Below are positions 41,232-51,484 of a DNA stretch of 64,000 bases, one piece after another. The notes under the pieces were generated by a model. It did no database searches. It was not told the DNA's origin and saw only the letters and a program-made list of their open reading frames with translations. Source of the stretch: Acidobacteriota bacterium. Its GTDB lineage: Bacteria; Acidobacteriota; UBA6911; RPQK01; CBDFMZ01. Location: the NCBI GenBank assembly GCA_965249865.1, contig CBDFMZ010000002.1, positions 482,845-546,844 on the forward strand, given 5' to 3'. The first letter of the stretch is position 1, and every line of letters begins with the position of its first letter. The translations under genes were made by a program, and so were the position numbers.

Positions 41232-43301
41232 ATGCTAACTTATCTCTGGCTCATTCCCCTTCTTCCCTTGCTGGGCTTTGCTATTAATGCTCTGTTTGGT
41301 CTTAGCAAATGGTACCGGTGTGGAGAACGACTCTCCCAACGCTTTGTTTACTGGGTCGCCTGTGGCAGCGTTTTGGTGGCCTTGTTGCTGTCGTTGGGTT
41401 GTTTCTGGGAATTGATCCAGCTGGAACCGGAGCAGAGACTGGTCCAGCAGGACATATTCACTTGGATTCCCGGACTGGCCGTGAAAACGATGGCCGGAGA
41501 CCTGGCCAACTTCCATATCAGCTGGGGACTGCAACTGGATCCGCTTTCCGCGGTGATGATCCTGGTGGTCACCGGGGTTGGTTTTCTCATTCATGTTTAC
41601 TCGATTGGCTACATGGCTGGAGAGGATGGTTTTTACCGCTATTTCGCCTATTTAAATCTCTTCATGTTCATGATGCTCACGCTGGTCCTGGCCGACAATT
41701 TTCTAGTGATGTTTGTGGGTTGGGAGGGTGTTGGGCTGTGTTCTTATCTTTTGATTGGTTATTACCTTGAGAGGAGAAGTGCCGGAGATGCTGCCAAAAA
41801 GGCGTTTGTAGTGAATCGGGTGGGTGATTTTGGATTCATCATTGGGATGTTGATGATCTTCACCTACTTCGGTAGCCTGAATTTTACTGAGGTTTTCCAA
41901 AGGGTTAGCGAGCTTTTTCCCACTCCTGAGGTGGGTTGGGGCGCTCTCAGTTGGATCGCCTTGCTGTTACTGATTGGTGCTACCGGGAAGAGCGCTCAGG
42001 TGCCCCTGTATGTTTGGTTGCCCGATGCCATGGAGGGTCCCACCCCAGTCAGCGCTCTGATTCATGCGGCCACTATGGTGACGGCTGGTGTGTATATGGT
42101 GGCTCGCTCCAGTGCCATTTACAGTCGCACTCCAGACGTGATGCTGATCGTGGCGGTGGTGGGTATTTTGACCGCGTTACTGGCCGCTTCAATCGCTCTT
42201 TTCCAACGAGACATCAAGAGAGTTCTCGCCTATTCGACGGTCAGCCAGTTGGGTTATATGTTTATGGCTCTGGGAGTGGGTGCGGTGACAGCTGCTGTTT
42301 TTCACTTGGCCACCCATGCGTTTTTTAAAGCGCTCCTCTTTTTGGGTTCAGGAAGCGTTATTCACGCTCTCCACCATGAGCAGGATATGATGAAAATGGG
42401 GGGTCTAAAAAACTATCTTCCTACCACCTGGTGGACCATGTGGGTGGCCACTTTAGCCATTGCTGGAGTGCCTCCGTTGGCTGGATTTTTTTCCAAAGAC
42501 GAGATTTTGTGGCGTGCCTATAGTAACCCTCAAGGGCATGTCTGGATTTGGCTGATTGGAGTGTTGGTGGCCGGCATGACTGCCTTTTACATGTTTCGCT
42601 TGATGTTTTTAAGCTTTCATGGAGAAAGGCGGGTTCCGGACGAAACCCAGCACCATCTTCAGGAGTCACCTCTTAACATGACCATCCCTTTGATTATTCT
42701 GGCCATTGGTTCGGCCTTTGTGGGATTTATGGGGCTACCGGCCTGGTTGGGTCCCAATATCTTTGAACATTTTTTGGAACCAGTATTGCGAACAGCCTAT
42801 CAGATGCCTTCCGGTCTTGAGGCCCATCACGGCCCGGGAATTGAAATCACGATGACATTAATTTCGGTTCTCGTGGTTGGAATTGGGATTTATCTAGCTT
42901 ATTACTTCTTCCTCAGGCAGCCCGAAAAGGCCGATCTGATGCGCGAAAAATTCAGCTCGATTCACAGAGTAGTTTTCGACAAGTACTATGTGGATGAGCT
43001 TTATAACGCTTTATTTGTCAATCGCTGTAAGGATCTGGCTAATTTTCAAGTGAGATTCGACGAAAGAGTAGTCGATGGAATGATCAATGCGAGTGCAGCT
43101 GCAACTAGAATTTCGGCTTGGATTTTTGGGCAAACGGACATTCATATCGTAGATCGAATAGTCAATTCGATCGCAAAGTTGTTCGAAGTCTTCAGTACAG
43201 TGTTGCGCAAGTTTCAGACGGGGTTGGTGCAGCGCTACGCTCTTTTTTTTATCTTGGGGGTCGCTGTCTTAATCAGTTTGTATCTTTACCTGGGAGTGTA
43301 A
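41232..43301 (+). CDS. nuoL: NADH-quinone oxidoreductase subunit L
   Basis: GWEGVG, GKSAQ.PL..WLPDAMEGPTPVSALIHAATMV, HAFFKALLF. Confidence 0.96.
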   Translation: MLTYLWLIPLLPLLGFAINALFGLSKWYRCGERLSQRFVYWVACGSVLVALLLSLGCFWELIQLEPEQRLVQQDIFTWIPGLAVKTMAGDLANFHISWGLQLDPLSAVMILVVTGVGFLIHVYSIGYMAGEDGFYRYFAYLNLFMFMMLTLVLADNFLVMFVGWEGVGLCSYLLIGYYLERRSAGDAAKKAFVVNRVGDFGFIIGMLMIFTYFGSLNFTEVFQRVSELFPTPEVGWGALSWIALLLLIGATGKSAQVPLYVWLPDAMEGPTPVSALIHAATMVTAGVYMVARSSAIYSRTPDVMLIVAVVGILTALLAASIALFQRDIKRVLAYSTVSQLGYMFMALGVGAVTAAVFHLATHAFFKALLFLGSGSVIHALHHEQDMMKMGGLKNYLPTTWWTMWVATLAIAGVPPLAGFFSKDEILWRAYSNPQGHVWIWLIGVLVAGMTAFYMFRLMFLSFHGERRVPDETQHHLQESPLNMTIPLIILAIGSAFVGFMGLPAWLGPNIFEHFLEPVLRTAYQMPSGLEAHHGPGIEITMTLISVLVVGIGIYLAYYFFLRQPEKADLMREKFSSIHRVVFDKYYVDELYNALFVNRCKDLANFQVRFDERVVDGMINASAAATRISAWIFGQTDIHIVDRIVNSIAKLFEVFSTVLRKFQTGLVQRYALFFILGVAVLISLYLYLGV

Positions 43302-43304
43302 TCG

Positions 43305-44861
43305 ATGGATTTCTTCATGCAGAACATCTTGAACTGGGTGTGCTTTTTCCCGCTCATAGGGGTGGTGTTCATTCTGTTTTGGCCAAAAGGGAAAGAGCAT
43401 GAAGAGGCGGTCAAGTGGATTGCCAACATCATTGCGTTGATCGGTTTTTTGATCTCGATCTCTTTAATCACGGCCTTTAACAATCCTCAATATATTGATC
43501 AAACGGGGATGCGGTTTGTCATTCGAACGAATTGGATTGACGCCATCGGCGTTCAATTCTACTTTGGGATCGACGGGATAAGCCTACTCCTGATTTTGCT
43601 AACCACCCTTGTGGGTTTTATCGCGATCCTTTCATCCTGGTCAGCTGTCACCGAACGCGTTCGCGAATACTATTGCTACCTCCTCATTTTGCAAACCGGG
43701 ATGTTGGGCGTTTTTATGGCGCTGGACTTCTTTCTTTTCTACGTCTTTTGGGAAGCGATGCTGGTGCCAATGTACTTTATCATCGGGGTGTGGGGCGGTC
43801 CTCGGAAACTCTACGCGGCCATCAAGTTCTTTCTTTACACTTTGCTTGGATCTGTGGTGCTTTTGCTGGGGATTCTAGCCCTCTATTTCTATCAGCACAG
43901 TGTGACGGGGGTGTGGTCCTTTGATGTGCTGGTATTTCAACAACTCGGTATTCCGCTAGAGCTGCAACACTGGATTTTCCTGGCTTTCTTCGTTGGTTTT
44001 GCGATTAAGGTTCCGATGTTCCCCTTTCATACTTGGTTGCCCGATGCTCACGTGGAGGCTCCCACAGCCGGATCGGTTATTCTGGCAGCGATTTTGCTGA
44101 AGATGGGAACTTACGGATTTGTTCGTTTTAGCTTGCCCATCCTCCCGGAGGTTACCCTTGAATTTTTACCCTGGCTACTGGTGCTTTGCGTGATCGGGAT
44201 AATCTATGGCGCCCTGGTTGCTATGATGCAAAAGGACATGAAAAAGCTGATTGCGTACTCTTCAGTGAGCCACCTGGGGTTTTGTATGCTAGGTGTTTTT
44301 GTGGCCACCCCAGTCGCTCTGGAAGGCGGTATTCTGCAAATGATCAATCACGGTATCTCCACCGGGGCCCTATTTTTGATCGTTGGCATTATCTATGAGC
44401 GTCGTCACACTAGGATGATTGCCGAATATGGTGGGCTGTCAAAGGTAATGCCGATGTATGCCACCGTATTCTTGATCATGACGCTCTCCTCCATTGGGTT
44501 ACCCCCACTCAACGGGTTTATCGGCGAGTTTATGGTTTTGCAGGGAGTGTTCGCCGATCCTGTTTATCGATTGTGGGCGGTTTACGGGGCAGCGGGAATT
44601 GTGCTTGGCGCTGCGTACATGTTGTGGCTCTACCAACGGGTTATGTTGGGAAAGATCGAGCAACGGGAGAATGAAAACTTACCTGACTTAAACGGGCGTG
44701 AATTAGCGACATTCATCCCTTTGATTATTTTGGTCTTTTGGATCGGCTTATATCCCAAGACGTTTCTGGATTACCTCCATGATCCAGTTAATCAGGTGGT
44801 TGAGAGAGTAAGAGCGGGAGAATTTACTCCGCTTCCGATGCAGGCAGTTGTAAAGGAGTGA
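43305..44861 (+). CDS. nuoM: NADH-quinone oxidoreductase subunit M
   Basis: FWEAML.PMY, HTWLPDAHVEAPT, LLKMG.YG, GFIGEF. Confidence 0.96.
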   Translation: MDFFMQNILNWVCFFPLIGVVFILFWPKGKEHEEAVKWIANIIALIGFLISISLITAFNNPQYIDQTGMRFVIRTNWIDAIGVQFYFGIDGISLLLILLTTLVGFIAILSSWSAVTERVREYYCYLLILQTGMLGVFMALDFFLFYVFWEAMLVPMYFIIGVWGGPRKLYAAIKFFLYTLLGSVVLLLGILALYFYQHSVTGVWSFDVLVFQQLGIPLELQHWIFLAFFVGFAIKVPMFPFHTWLPDAHVEAPTAGSVILAAILLKMGTYGFVRFSLPILPEVTLEFLPWLLVLCVIGIIYGALVAMMQKDMKKLIAYSSVSHLGFCMLGVFVATPVALEGGILQMINHGISTGALFLIVGIIYERRHTRMIAEYGGLSKVMPMYATVFLIMTLSSIGLPPLNGFIGEFMVLQGVFADPVYRLWAVYGAAGIVLGAAYMLWLYQRVMLGKIEQRENENLPDLNGRELATFIPLIILVFWIGLYPKTFLDYLHDPVNQVVERVRAGEFTPLPMQAVVKE

Positions 44862-44864
44862 CCC

Positions 44865-46409
44865 ATGCCTGAGATTCCTCCGATGGACAATGTTCTGGAA
44901 TTCTTAAGGCAAAACACTGCGGCCATAGGTCCCCAACTTCATTTGATTATGTGGGGCCTTGCGCTGTTGATTTTCGATTTCTTGATTCCCAACGAACGTG
45001 TGCACATTAGATTTAGGAGGAAGCCATGGACTTTTCACGGGAAGGCACTGGGTGCTCTGCTAGCTCTTGTCGGTTTAACCATGGCCTCAGCTCATCTGTA
45101 TCAGTCGTGGGGTACGTTTGTTGGCCCGGCCTTTTACAACATGGTGACGCTCGACTCCTTTACTCTTTACTTCAATATGCTGTTTCTGGTCTCGGCTTTT
45201 CTGACCGTGATCATTTCCTACAACTACCTGGACATTGAAGAAGAGCAGCACACAGAATATTACGCACTTATCCTGTTTGCGACCTCCGGTATGATGTTCA
45301 TGGCCGGGGCCATTGATCTGGTCACCATTTTCATAGGTTTAGAACTGATGTCCATTTCCACGTACATCTTGGTGGGTTTTTTGAGGAGTCAGAGGCGCTC
45401 GAACGAAGGCTCCATGAAATACTTTCTACTGGGTGCTTTTTCCACAGGGATCATCCTCTATGGAATGTCACTGCTGTACGGGATAAGCGGGAGTACCAAC
45501 CTGAACGTTATTGCCGGGCAGGTGGTCCAGTGGCAAGACAATGGTCTGGTGCTTCTAGCGTTATTTCTCATGATGGCCGGACTGTGTTTTAAGATTGCCG
45601 CGGCACCCTTTCATATGTGGGTTCCGGATGCCTACGAAGGGGCTCCCACCGCGGTAACCGCTTTCATGTCCGTGGCTGTCAAGGCGGCAGCCTTTGCAGT
45701 CTTTTTCCGGATCTTTTATATCGCCTTTGACGGAATGCGTGAGGTTTACGTTGTTCTCCTAGCCCTGATTGCCATGTTGACGATGACCTGGGGGAATGTG
45801 GCCGCCATAACCCAACAGAATGTCAAACGACTGTTGGCTTACTCCAGTGTGTCCCATGCCGGCTTTGTGCTCATGGGTTTGGTAGCTGGAACTGATTTTG
45901 GTGTTACCGCCTCTGCATTTTATTTGTTGGCCTACACCTTTATGAACATCGGTATATGGACTGTGGTCATTTTGCTTCGCCGACAGGACACTTCAGGGGA
46001 GCAGATCGACGACTTCAATGGTCTATATTTTAAGCATCCTGCCATTGCGATACTGATGTTGATCTTTTTATTGTCTCTGGGGGGCATTCCTCCCCTGGCC
46101 GGTTTCATCGCCAAGTATTTTGTTTTTGCAGCAGTGGTTGAAGTGGCGCTGCAGCCCGGGCAACCCTATGCTACCTTGATGTCGGTTCTGGCCGTGGTGG
46201 GGGTTTTAAATGCCGTGGTTGCTCTGTATTACTATCTTAGGATCGTGTTGGCGATGTTTATCCGCGAAGAATTCCTTTCTGCTCCTCTCAGCTTTTCAAC
46301 TGGGATGGTGGTCGCTCTGGTCGTGACCGGGTTTTTCACTGTCATCATGGGGATTTTCCCTGAACCATTTATTAATCTAGCTCGCCTGGCGAGCTTACCA
46401 CTGACTTAG
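44865..46409 (+). CDS. nuoN: NADH-quinone oxidoreductase subunit N
   Basis: KYFLLGA, FKIAAAPFHMWVPDAYEGAP, KRLLAYSS, GIPPLAGF. Confidence 0.95.
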   Translation: MPEIPPMDNVLEFLRQNTAAIGPQLHLIMWGLALLIFDFLIPNERVHIRFRRKPWTFHGKALGALLALVGLTMASAHLYQSWGTFVGPAFYNMVTLDSFTLYFNMLFLVSAFLTVIISYNYLDIEEEQHTEYYALILFATSGMMFMAGAIDLVTIFIGLELMSISTYILVGFLRSQRRSNEGSMKYFLLGAFSTGIILYGMSLLYGISGSTNLNVIAGQVVQWQDNGLVLLALFLMMAGLCFKIAAAPFHMWVPDAYEGAPTAVTAFMSVAVKAAAFAVFFRIFYIAFDGMREVYVVLLALIAMLTMTWGNVAAITQQNVKRLLAYSSVSHAGFVLMGLVAGTDFGVTASAFYLLAYTFMNIGIWTVVILLRRQDTSGEQIDDFNGLYFKHPAIAILMLIFLLSLGGIPPLAGFIAKYFVFAAVVEVALQPGQPYATLMSVLAVVGVLNAVVALYYYLRIVLAMFIREEFLSAPLSFSTGMVVALVVTGFFTVIMGIFPEPFINLARLASLPLT

Positions 46410-46685
46410 CAGCCGGTGCTAAAAGTTGAGTGGAGTCGTGCGCCAGGGATCTGGCGGTTGTTGGTAACGCACGAGGAAGAGTCGATGTCGGGACATTGAC
46501 GATGACGAGTGACGTCGCCCACTAACCCCAGAACCCTAGCACTCTGCGGGCGGCGGAGGAGTGGTCCCGGATGCGATGTGGAGGTTTCTCGACGATGAAC
46601 CCGCATCGTCTCGATCGGTGCGCTTTGCATCCGAGTTCACAGTACTCGCAACGCGACCCGTGTGACTTTCACCACGGGTTGCTAG
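46407..46685. mobile_element. MITE-like family B complete copy (~280 bp)
   Basis: TIRs TAGCAGCCGGTGCTAAAAGT ... ACTTTCACCACGGGTTGCTAG; begins at the nuoN TAG stop. Confidence 0.7.
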
Positions 46686-46796
46686 TACTAGGTTTCATAA
46701 AATACACTGACGCTTGCTGAGGATGCGAAGAGAGAAGGAGTCGATGCCAGTGTCCTGGCCCCTCAATATTGGTGCTATTTTGTGGCGAGCGCAACG
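46684..46796. mobile_element. MITE-like family A one-arm copy abutting family B
   Basis: AGTACTAGGTTTCATAAAATACAC..GCTGAGGAT..GGAGTCGATGCCAGTGTCCTG..GCGCAACGG aligns with the reverse complement of 22955-23085. Confidence 0.8.
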
Positions 46797-46857
46797 GTAC
46801 TGAGTTAAATTATTTTTGTGAAAACTGTTCGACCGGATCAAGCTTTGGATTTTTAGG

Positions 46858-47121
46858 TTGGCGAAGCTAGAATCTCTAGACGTGACTGCTGGAAAATCCC
46901 AAGATCGAAAACCTAACACTGGAAGAAGAACGCTTCGGCTGGTGACCGAATACAGCAGCATCATTTTCCTGCTGCCGTCGGCTTTATTCGGAGGATATTT
47001 TCTGGGTTATCTCTTGGACGGTTATTTCTACACGACTCCCTGGTTATCCCTGATCTTTCTCTTTGTGGGAGCAGTGGCAGGATTTGTCGAGGTCTTCCGC
47101 ATCACTACCAGAAAATTGTGA
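46858..47121 (+). CDS. AtpZ/AtpI-like Fo-associated protein (start uncertain)
   Basis: G..LGYLLD.YF.T.PW motif; first gene before atpI-atpB. Confidence 0.75.
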   Translation: MAKLESLDVTAGKSQDRKPNTGRRTLRLVTEYSSIIFLLPSALFGGYFLGYLLDGYFYTTPWLSLIFLFVGAVAGFVEVFRITTRKL

Positions 47122-47480
47122 GCCGTATGGTTCGAAATAGCGTCATCCTTCTGTTCCTTTTCCTTGCAGGAGGAGCGGCTTTTTTCGGCTGGGGTATGGC
47201 CATGTCCATTTTGGTGGGGGGAGTCCTCTCCATGATCAATTTTCACTGGATGGCCGCCGGCGTTGACCGCCTGATTTATTCCCAGGACAAGGAGGGAGTA
47301 ACGTCCGTGCTCTTTAAGTACGTGGGGCGGCTCTTATTGATCTCCATTAGCTTTTTTGCTATCATCCATCTTCCCTTCTTAAGCTTGATGGGAGCGCTGC
47401 TGGGTTTCTCCGTATTTGTCCTCTCGGGGATGTTGGAAGCGATCCTTTTACTGTTGAAACAAATGCTTTTTGACCGATAG
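47118..47480 (+). CDS. atpI: ATP synthase protein I
   Basis: Four TM helices; directly upstream of atpB. Confidence 0.7.
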   Translation: MSRMVRNSVILLFLFLAGGAAFFGWGMAMSILVGGVLSMINFHWMAAGVDRLIYSQDKEGVTSVLFKYVGRLLLISISFFAIIHLPFLSLMGALLGFSVFVLSGMLEAILLLLKQMLFDR

Positions 47481-47482
47481 TC

Positions 47483-48220
47483 ATGCAACCGCACCACGAG
47501 TTTTTTGTTTCCACTATTTTTAACCGCTATCTCGTCAACCCCATTGCTGAACTCTTGGGGTATCATCCCCACCATGATCTGCTGCCTCCCCACGTGGTGA
47601 TGATCATTCTCATCAGTCTTAGTCTGATAGCGTTGGCTCTCTGGGTTCGGCGCCGGCTAAGCGTGGAAAACCCCGGTTCCATTCAACAGAGTTTAGAACT
47701 GCTCTTCGATGCCATTTTGAGCTTTATGAAAGATATTATGGGACCTCAATCGCGACGTTTTTTCCCCATCCTGGGTGCGTTTTTTATGTATATTCTGGTG
47801 GGTAATCTACTGGGGCTGATGCCCGGTTTGATGTCCCCCACCAGCAATATCAATGTGACGGTAGGGTGCGCTCTGATCATGTTTGTATATTACAATTACC
47901 AAGGTTTCAGAGCTCACGGGTTCTGGAAATATATGGCTCATTTTGCTGGTCCATCTCTGGTCATTGCTCCCCTACTGTTTGTGATTGAGATCATTAGTCA
48001 TTTCGCTCGCCCTTTTTCATTATCAGTTCGTCTTTTTGGAAACATCTATGCGGAAGAGCTGATCATTGCTAACCTCAACAGTCTCTTTCCGTTTATCGTG
48101 ACATTGCCCGTGATGGCTCTGGCGTTATTTGCCAGTACTGTCCAGGCCTTCATTTTTATCGTGCTGAGCATGGTCTACATCGGGGGCGCGGTGGAATACT
48201 CTCACGAGGAAGGCCACTGA
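47483..48220 (+). CDS. atpB: ATP synthase Fo subunit a
   Basis: NLLGLMPG, PTSNIN, RPFSLSVRLFGN, QAFIF.VL. Confidence 0.95.
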   Translation: MQPHHEFFVSTIFNRYLVNPIAELLGYHPHHDLLPPHVVMIILISLSLIALALWVRRRLSVENPGSIQQSLELLFDAILSFMKDIMGPQSRRFFPILGAFFMYILVGNLLGLMPGLMSPTSNINVTVGCALIMFVYYNYQGFRAHGFWKYMAHFAGPSLVIAPLLFVIEIISHFARPFSLSVRLFGNIYAEELIIANLNSLFPFIVTLPVMALALFASTVQAFIFIVLSMVYIGGAVEYSHEEGH

Positions 48221-48261
48221 TTTTTTTCTGAAGTACATAGGCTGGAAGTGCCGGAAGACCA

Positions 48262-48532
48262 AATGTTGCGTTTCCTAAATACGACGTTGTTTGCAGATGG
48301 GGCCTGTGAGGTGAGGTCAAGGAGCGAGGAGGGAGCAATGTAGGGGCATCGTCGACGAGGATTGACACTGAGATCGCCGGCAACCCCATTCTGCCCAAAA
48401 GGTAGCTACGGGACGGTGTCGTTCTCTCTGTTGTTTTTCCTTCGGATGTCTCGCATCGCGTCGTCGTCTCTTCGCGGACTCGACGCCATCGTACTCGCCA
48501 CAAATGTCATAATATTTAGTGAACGAAACATT
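48262..48532. mobile_element. MITE-like family A variant between atpB and atpE
   Basis: Imperfect TIRs AATGTTGCGTTTCCTAAATA / TATTTAGTGAACGAAACATT; GAGGTGAGGTC and CTCGCCACAAA arms. Confidence 0.65.
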
Positions 48533-48566
48533 AAGTACTCCAGAACCTTAAAAGGGGAGAAATTGA

Positions 48567-48881
48567 ATGAACAAGAAGTACAACATTCTGATAGTTGTTG
48601 TTTTAGTTGGTCTTTTTTTTGCCATCCCGGTTCACGCACAGCAAGAGTCTTCAGCAACGGGTTCTGGCCAGATGGCTGTCCACTGGCTGGCTTTGGCCAT
48701 GGCCATCGCGGCAGCGGGTTGTGGCTACGCGCAGAGCAAGGCCGTGACGGCAGGCTGTGATGGAGTCTCACGAAATCCTGGTTCCGCCGATACCGTTCGT
48801 TTCTTTGTTATTCTCGGACTGGCGTTCATCGAATTTTTGGCGCTTTTAACTTTCGTCGTTGTACTGTTTTTGTTACCATAA
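48567..48881 (+). CDS. atpE: ATP synthase Fo subunit c with an N-terminal extension
   Basis: RNP loop, LAFIE carboxylate, Gly/Ala-rich helix 1. Confidence 0.9.
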   Translation: MNKKYNILIVVVLVGLFFAIPVHAQQESSATGSGQMAVHWLALAMAIAAAGCGYAQSKAVTAGCDGVSRNPGSADTVRFFVILGLAFIEFLALLTFVVVLFLLP

Positions 48882-49051
48882 ATCATGATCGACCACGGAT
48901 CGTATGATGAGAGAATTTCAGGGTCGACTGCCCTCTTGAATGGGCGATCGATCCCTTCTTCAGCTAGGATTTATGCTAGAGTAGACTTGATTTCTAGCGG
49001 AAAAGTCTCATGCTTCGGGTAAAGCACCGGCCATGAGACAAGGGGAGAATC

Positions 49052-49486
49052 GTGCCGCATTTGAAGTTCATCATTGCTGGCAGCCTGATTCTGGCGGCCA
49101 TTTCCTATTTAATGTTTAGCGGAATCAACGATTCCATGGTTTATTACTACAGCGTTTCCGAGGTGCAGGCCAAGACCCCAGAACTTCGTGGCAAGGACAT
49201 CCGGATCAGTGGGTATGTGTCGCCGGGTACGATTAGTCGGAATCCCAGCCAGTCTCAGGTAGAGTTCGTTATTTTTGAGAGAAATTCTGATCAAACGGTG
49301 CGGGTAACGTACCAGGGAATTATCCCCGACACATTTAAAGACAATGCCGAAGTGGTTGTGGAAGGCATCTACCAATCGGTGGAAGAGCTTTTCCATGCAA
49401 CCAACCTCCTGGCCAAATGTCCCTCCAAGTACGAAGCCAGAGGCCAACAGCATCCTAAGGATATTCCCATCCCGGCAGAAAACTGA
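49052..49486 (+). CDS. ccmE: Heme chaperone CcmE (CxxxY type)
   Basis: VYYY, YQGIIPDTFK..AEVVVEG, LLAKCPSKY. Confidence 0.9.
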   Translation: MPHLKFIIAGSLILAAISYLMFSGINDSMVYYYSVSEVQAKTPELRGKDIRISGYVSPGTISRNPSQSQVEFVIFERNSDQTVRVTYQGIIPDTFKDNAEVVVEGIYQSVEELFHATNLLAKCPSKYEARGQQHPKDIPIPAEN

Positions 49487-49492
49487 GATCCC

Positions 49493-51484
49493 ATGATTGA
49501 GTTGGGCCAGCATTGTTTGATTGCCTCCTTATTACTGTGCATTTACGGGATGGTGGGAGCAGTGTGGGGGGGGATCCGGAACAACTTACCCTTGATTCGA
49601 AGCGCGGAAAACAGTGCGGTTGCCAATCTGGCCATGGTGATCGTGGCCTCGATTTGCTTGTGGCATTCATTCCTTACCGACCAATTTCAGCTTGAATACG
49701 TGGCAAGCTATAGCACGAGTGCCATGCCGAAGGTGTACAAGTTTACGGCTTTCTGGGGCGGACAGACCGGCAGCCTTTTATTATGGGCGTTGGTGCTGTC
49801 TTTCTTTGTCTGTATAGCGGTTGTTCAAAATCGGAACCGACATCGCCAGTTGATGCCCTATGCTACTTCAGTATTACTGGGGACCGGGACTTTCTTTATG
49901 ATCCTTTTGAACTTTGCAACCAATCCATTCGAAACTCTTCCCGTTACTCCGCCCGATGGGCAAGGCCTAAACCCATTGTTACAAAATCCTTACATGGCCA
50001 TTCACCCCCCTATGCTTTACATGGGTTTTATCTCTCTGACGGTGCCTTTCGCTTTCGCCATGGGGGCCCTCATGAGCAACCGCCTGGACACTTCTTGGAT
50101 TCGGATGACCCGGCGCTGGTCGTTGGTTAGCTGGGTGCTTCTTACAGTGGGACTTACGCTGGGAGGTATGTGGGCCTATGAAGAGCTGGGCTGGGGCGGT
50201 TATTGGGCCTGGGATCCGGTGGAGAACGCTTCTTTCATGCCTTGGCTATTCGTGACCGCTTTTCTGCATTCGGTGATGATTACTGAAAAAAAAGGAATGC
50301 TCAAGATTTGGAATTTCATCCTCATTCTGACCGCTTTTGAGCTGACCATGTTCGGGACTTTTATTACGCGCAGCGGAGTGATTTCTTCGGTGCATTCTTT
50401 CGCTCTGTCCAATCTGGGGCCGTTTTTTGTGGTGTTTTTAGTGTTGACTATCCTTTTAGGACTCTTCTGGATTTTTTACCGATTCAACCAGCTGCGCAGC
50501 GAAAAGAGAATGCGTTCTTTTCTGTCACGCGAAGCCTCCTTCCTGTTGAACAACTTCCTTTTTGTCTCGATATGCTTTGCTATTTTTTGGGGAACCGTTT
50601 TCCCGATTCTTTCGGAGTGGGTGAGTGGGGAAAAGATTACTGTGTCTGCACCTTTTTTCAATGAGGTGACTTTACCCCTGGGGTTGGCACTTTTGATCTT
50701 GAGTGGGATCTGTCCCTTGATTTCCTGGCGCAAAGCCACGGCCAAGAATTTTCGTCGAAATTTCATCTATCCTATAATCGGCGGTTTCTTAAGCGGGGCA
50801 GTGGCCCTGGCGCTCGGCGCTCGCGAGTTAATGCCACTACTATTTTTTTCGGCGTTCGGGTTCGTGACCTTGACGGTTGTCTTTGAATTTTACAAGGGTG
50901 CTCGGGCCCGTCAGACCATTAAGCCCACTGGATTTCTGACTGCGTTGAAGGATCTGACCCTTATGAATAAACGACGTTATGGCGGATTCATCATTCATAT
51001 GGGTGCGGCCTTGGTGTTTGTGGGGATTATTGCCAGTTCGTATTATAAGGTTGAAGAGTATTTCACGGTCAAGGTGGGCGAAGCATTTGTTCTGGGGGAT
51101 TTCACCTTGGTTTTTCAGGGTCTCAAACAAAGAAAAGATGCAGAAAAAGACGTCGTGTCGGCTCCGGTGGAGGTTTTTAAAGGGGGTAAAAAAATCGATC
51201 TACTTATTCCTGAAAAACACTACCATCATAAGAGTGAGCAGCCCATGACGGAAGTGTCGATCCGCTCCACTCTCAGGGAGGACCTTTATCTTGTTTTAGC
51301 CGGTTGGGACAGTGCGGAGCAGGTCACGATTCATGTCTTTATTAATCCACTGGTGCAACTGATCTGGATCGGGATTGGGGTCATGGCCTGTGGGGGGATC
51401 TTTGTGATCTTTCCGGATAAGAAACCTGTCACGGCTGTCGCCTTGAAAAGGAGGGAGGAGACTGCAAGAGATGAGGCTGCTTAG
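49493..51484 (+). CDS. ccmF: Heme lyase CcmF
   Basis: GSLLLW, IHPP, WGGYWAWDPVENAS, GTFITRSG..SVHSF. Confidence 0.95.
   Translation: MIELGQHCLIASLLLCIYGMVGAVWGGIRNNLPLIRSAENSAVANLAMVIVASICLWHSFLTDQFQLEYVASYSTSAMPKVYKFTAFWGGQTGSLLLWALVLSFFVCIAVVQNRNRHRQLMPYATSVLLGTGTFFMILLNFATNPFETLPVTPPDGQGLNPLLQNPYMAIHPPMLYMGFISLTVPFAFAMGALMSNRLDTSWIRMTRRWSLVSWVLLTVGLTLGGMWAYEELGWGGYWAWDPVENASFMPWLFVTAFLHSVMITEKKGMLKIWNFILILTAFELTMFGTFITRSGVISSVHSFALSNLGPFFVVFLVLTILLGLFWIFYRFNQLRSEKRMRSFLSREASFLLNNFLFVSICFAIFWGTVFPILSEWVSGEKITVSAPFFNEVTLPLGLALLILSGICPLISWRKATAKNFRRNFIYPIIGGFLSGAVALALGARELMPLLFFSAFGFVTLTVVFEFYKGARARQTIKPTGFLTALKDLTLMNKRRYGGFIIHMGAALVFVGIIASSYYKVEEYFTVKVGEAFVLGDFTLVFQGLKQRKDAEKDVVSAPVEVFKGGKKIDLLIPEKHYHHKSEQPMTEVSIRSTLREDLYLVLAGWDSAEQVTIHVFINPLVQLIWIGIGVMACGGIFVIFPDKKPVTAVALKRREETARDEAA

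Noticed and set aside
46816-46834. Possible Rex box upstream of atpZ (TTGTGAA...)
   Set aside because: Only one half-site matches TTGTGAA-N4-TTCACAA.
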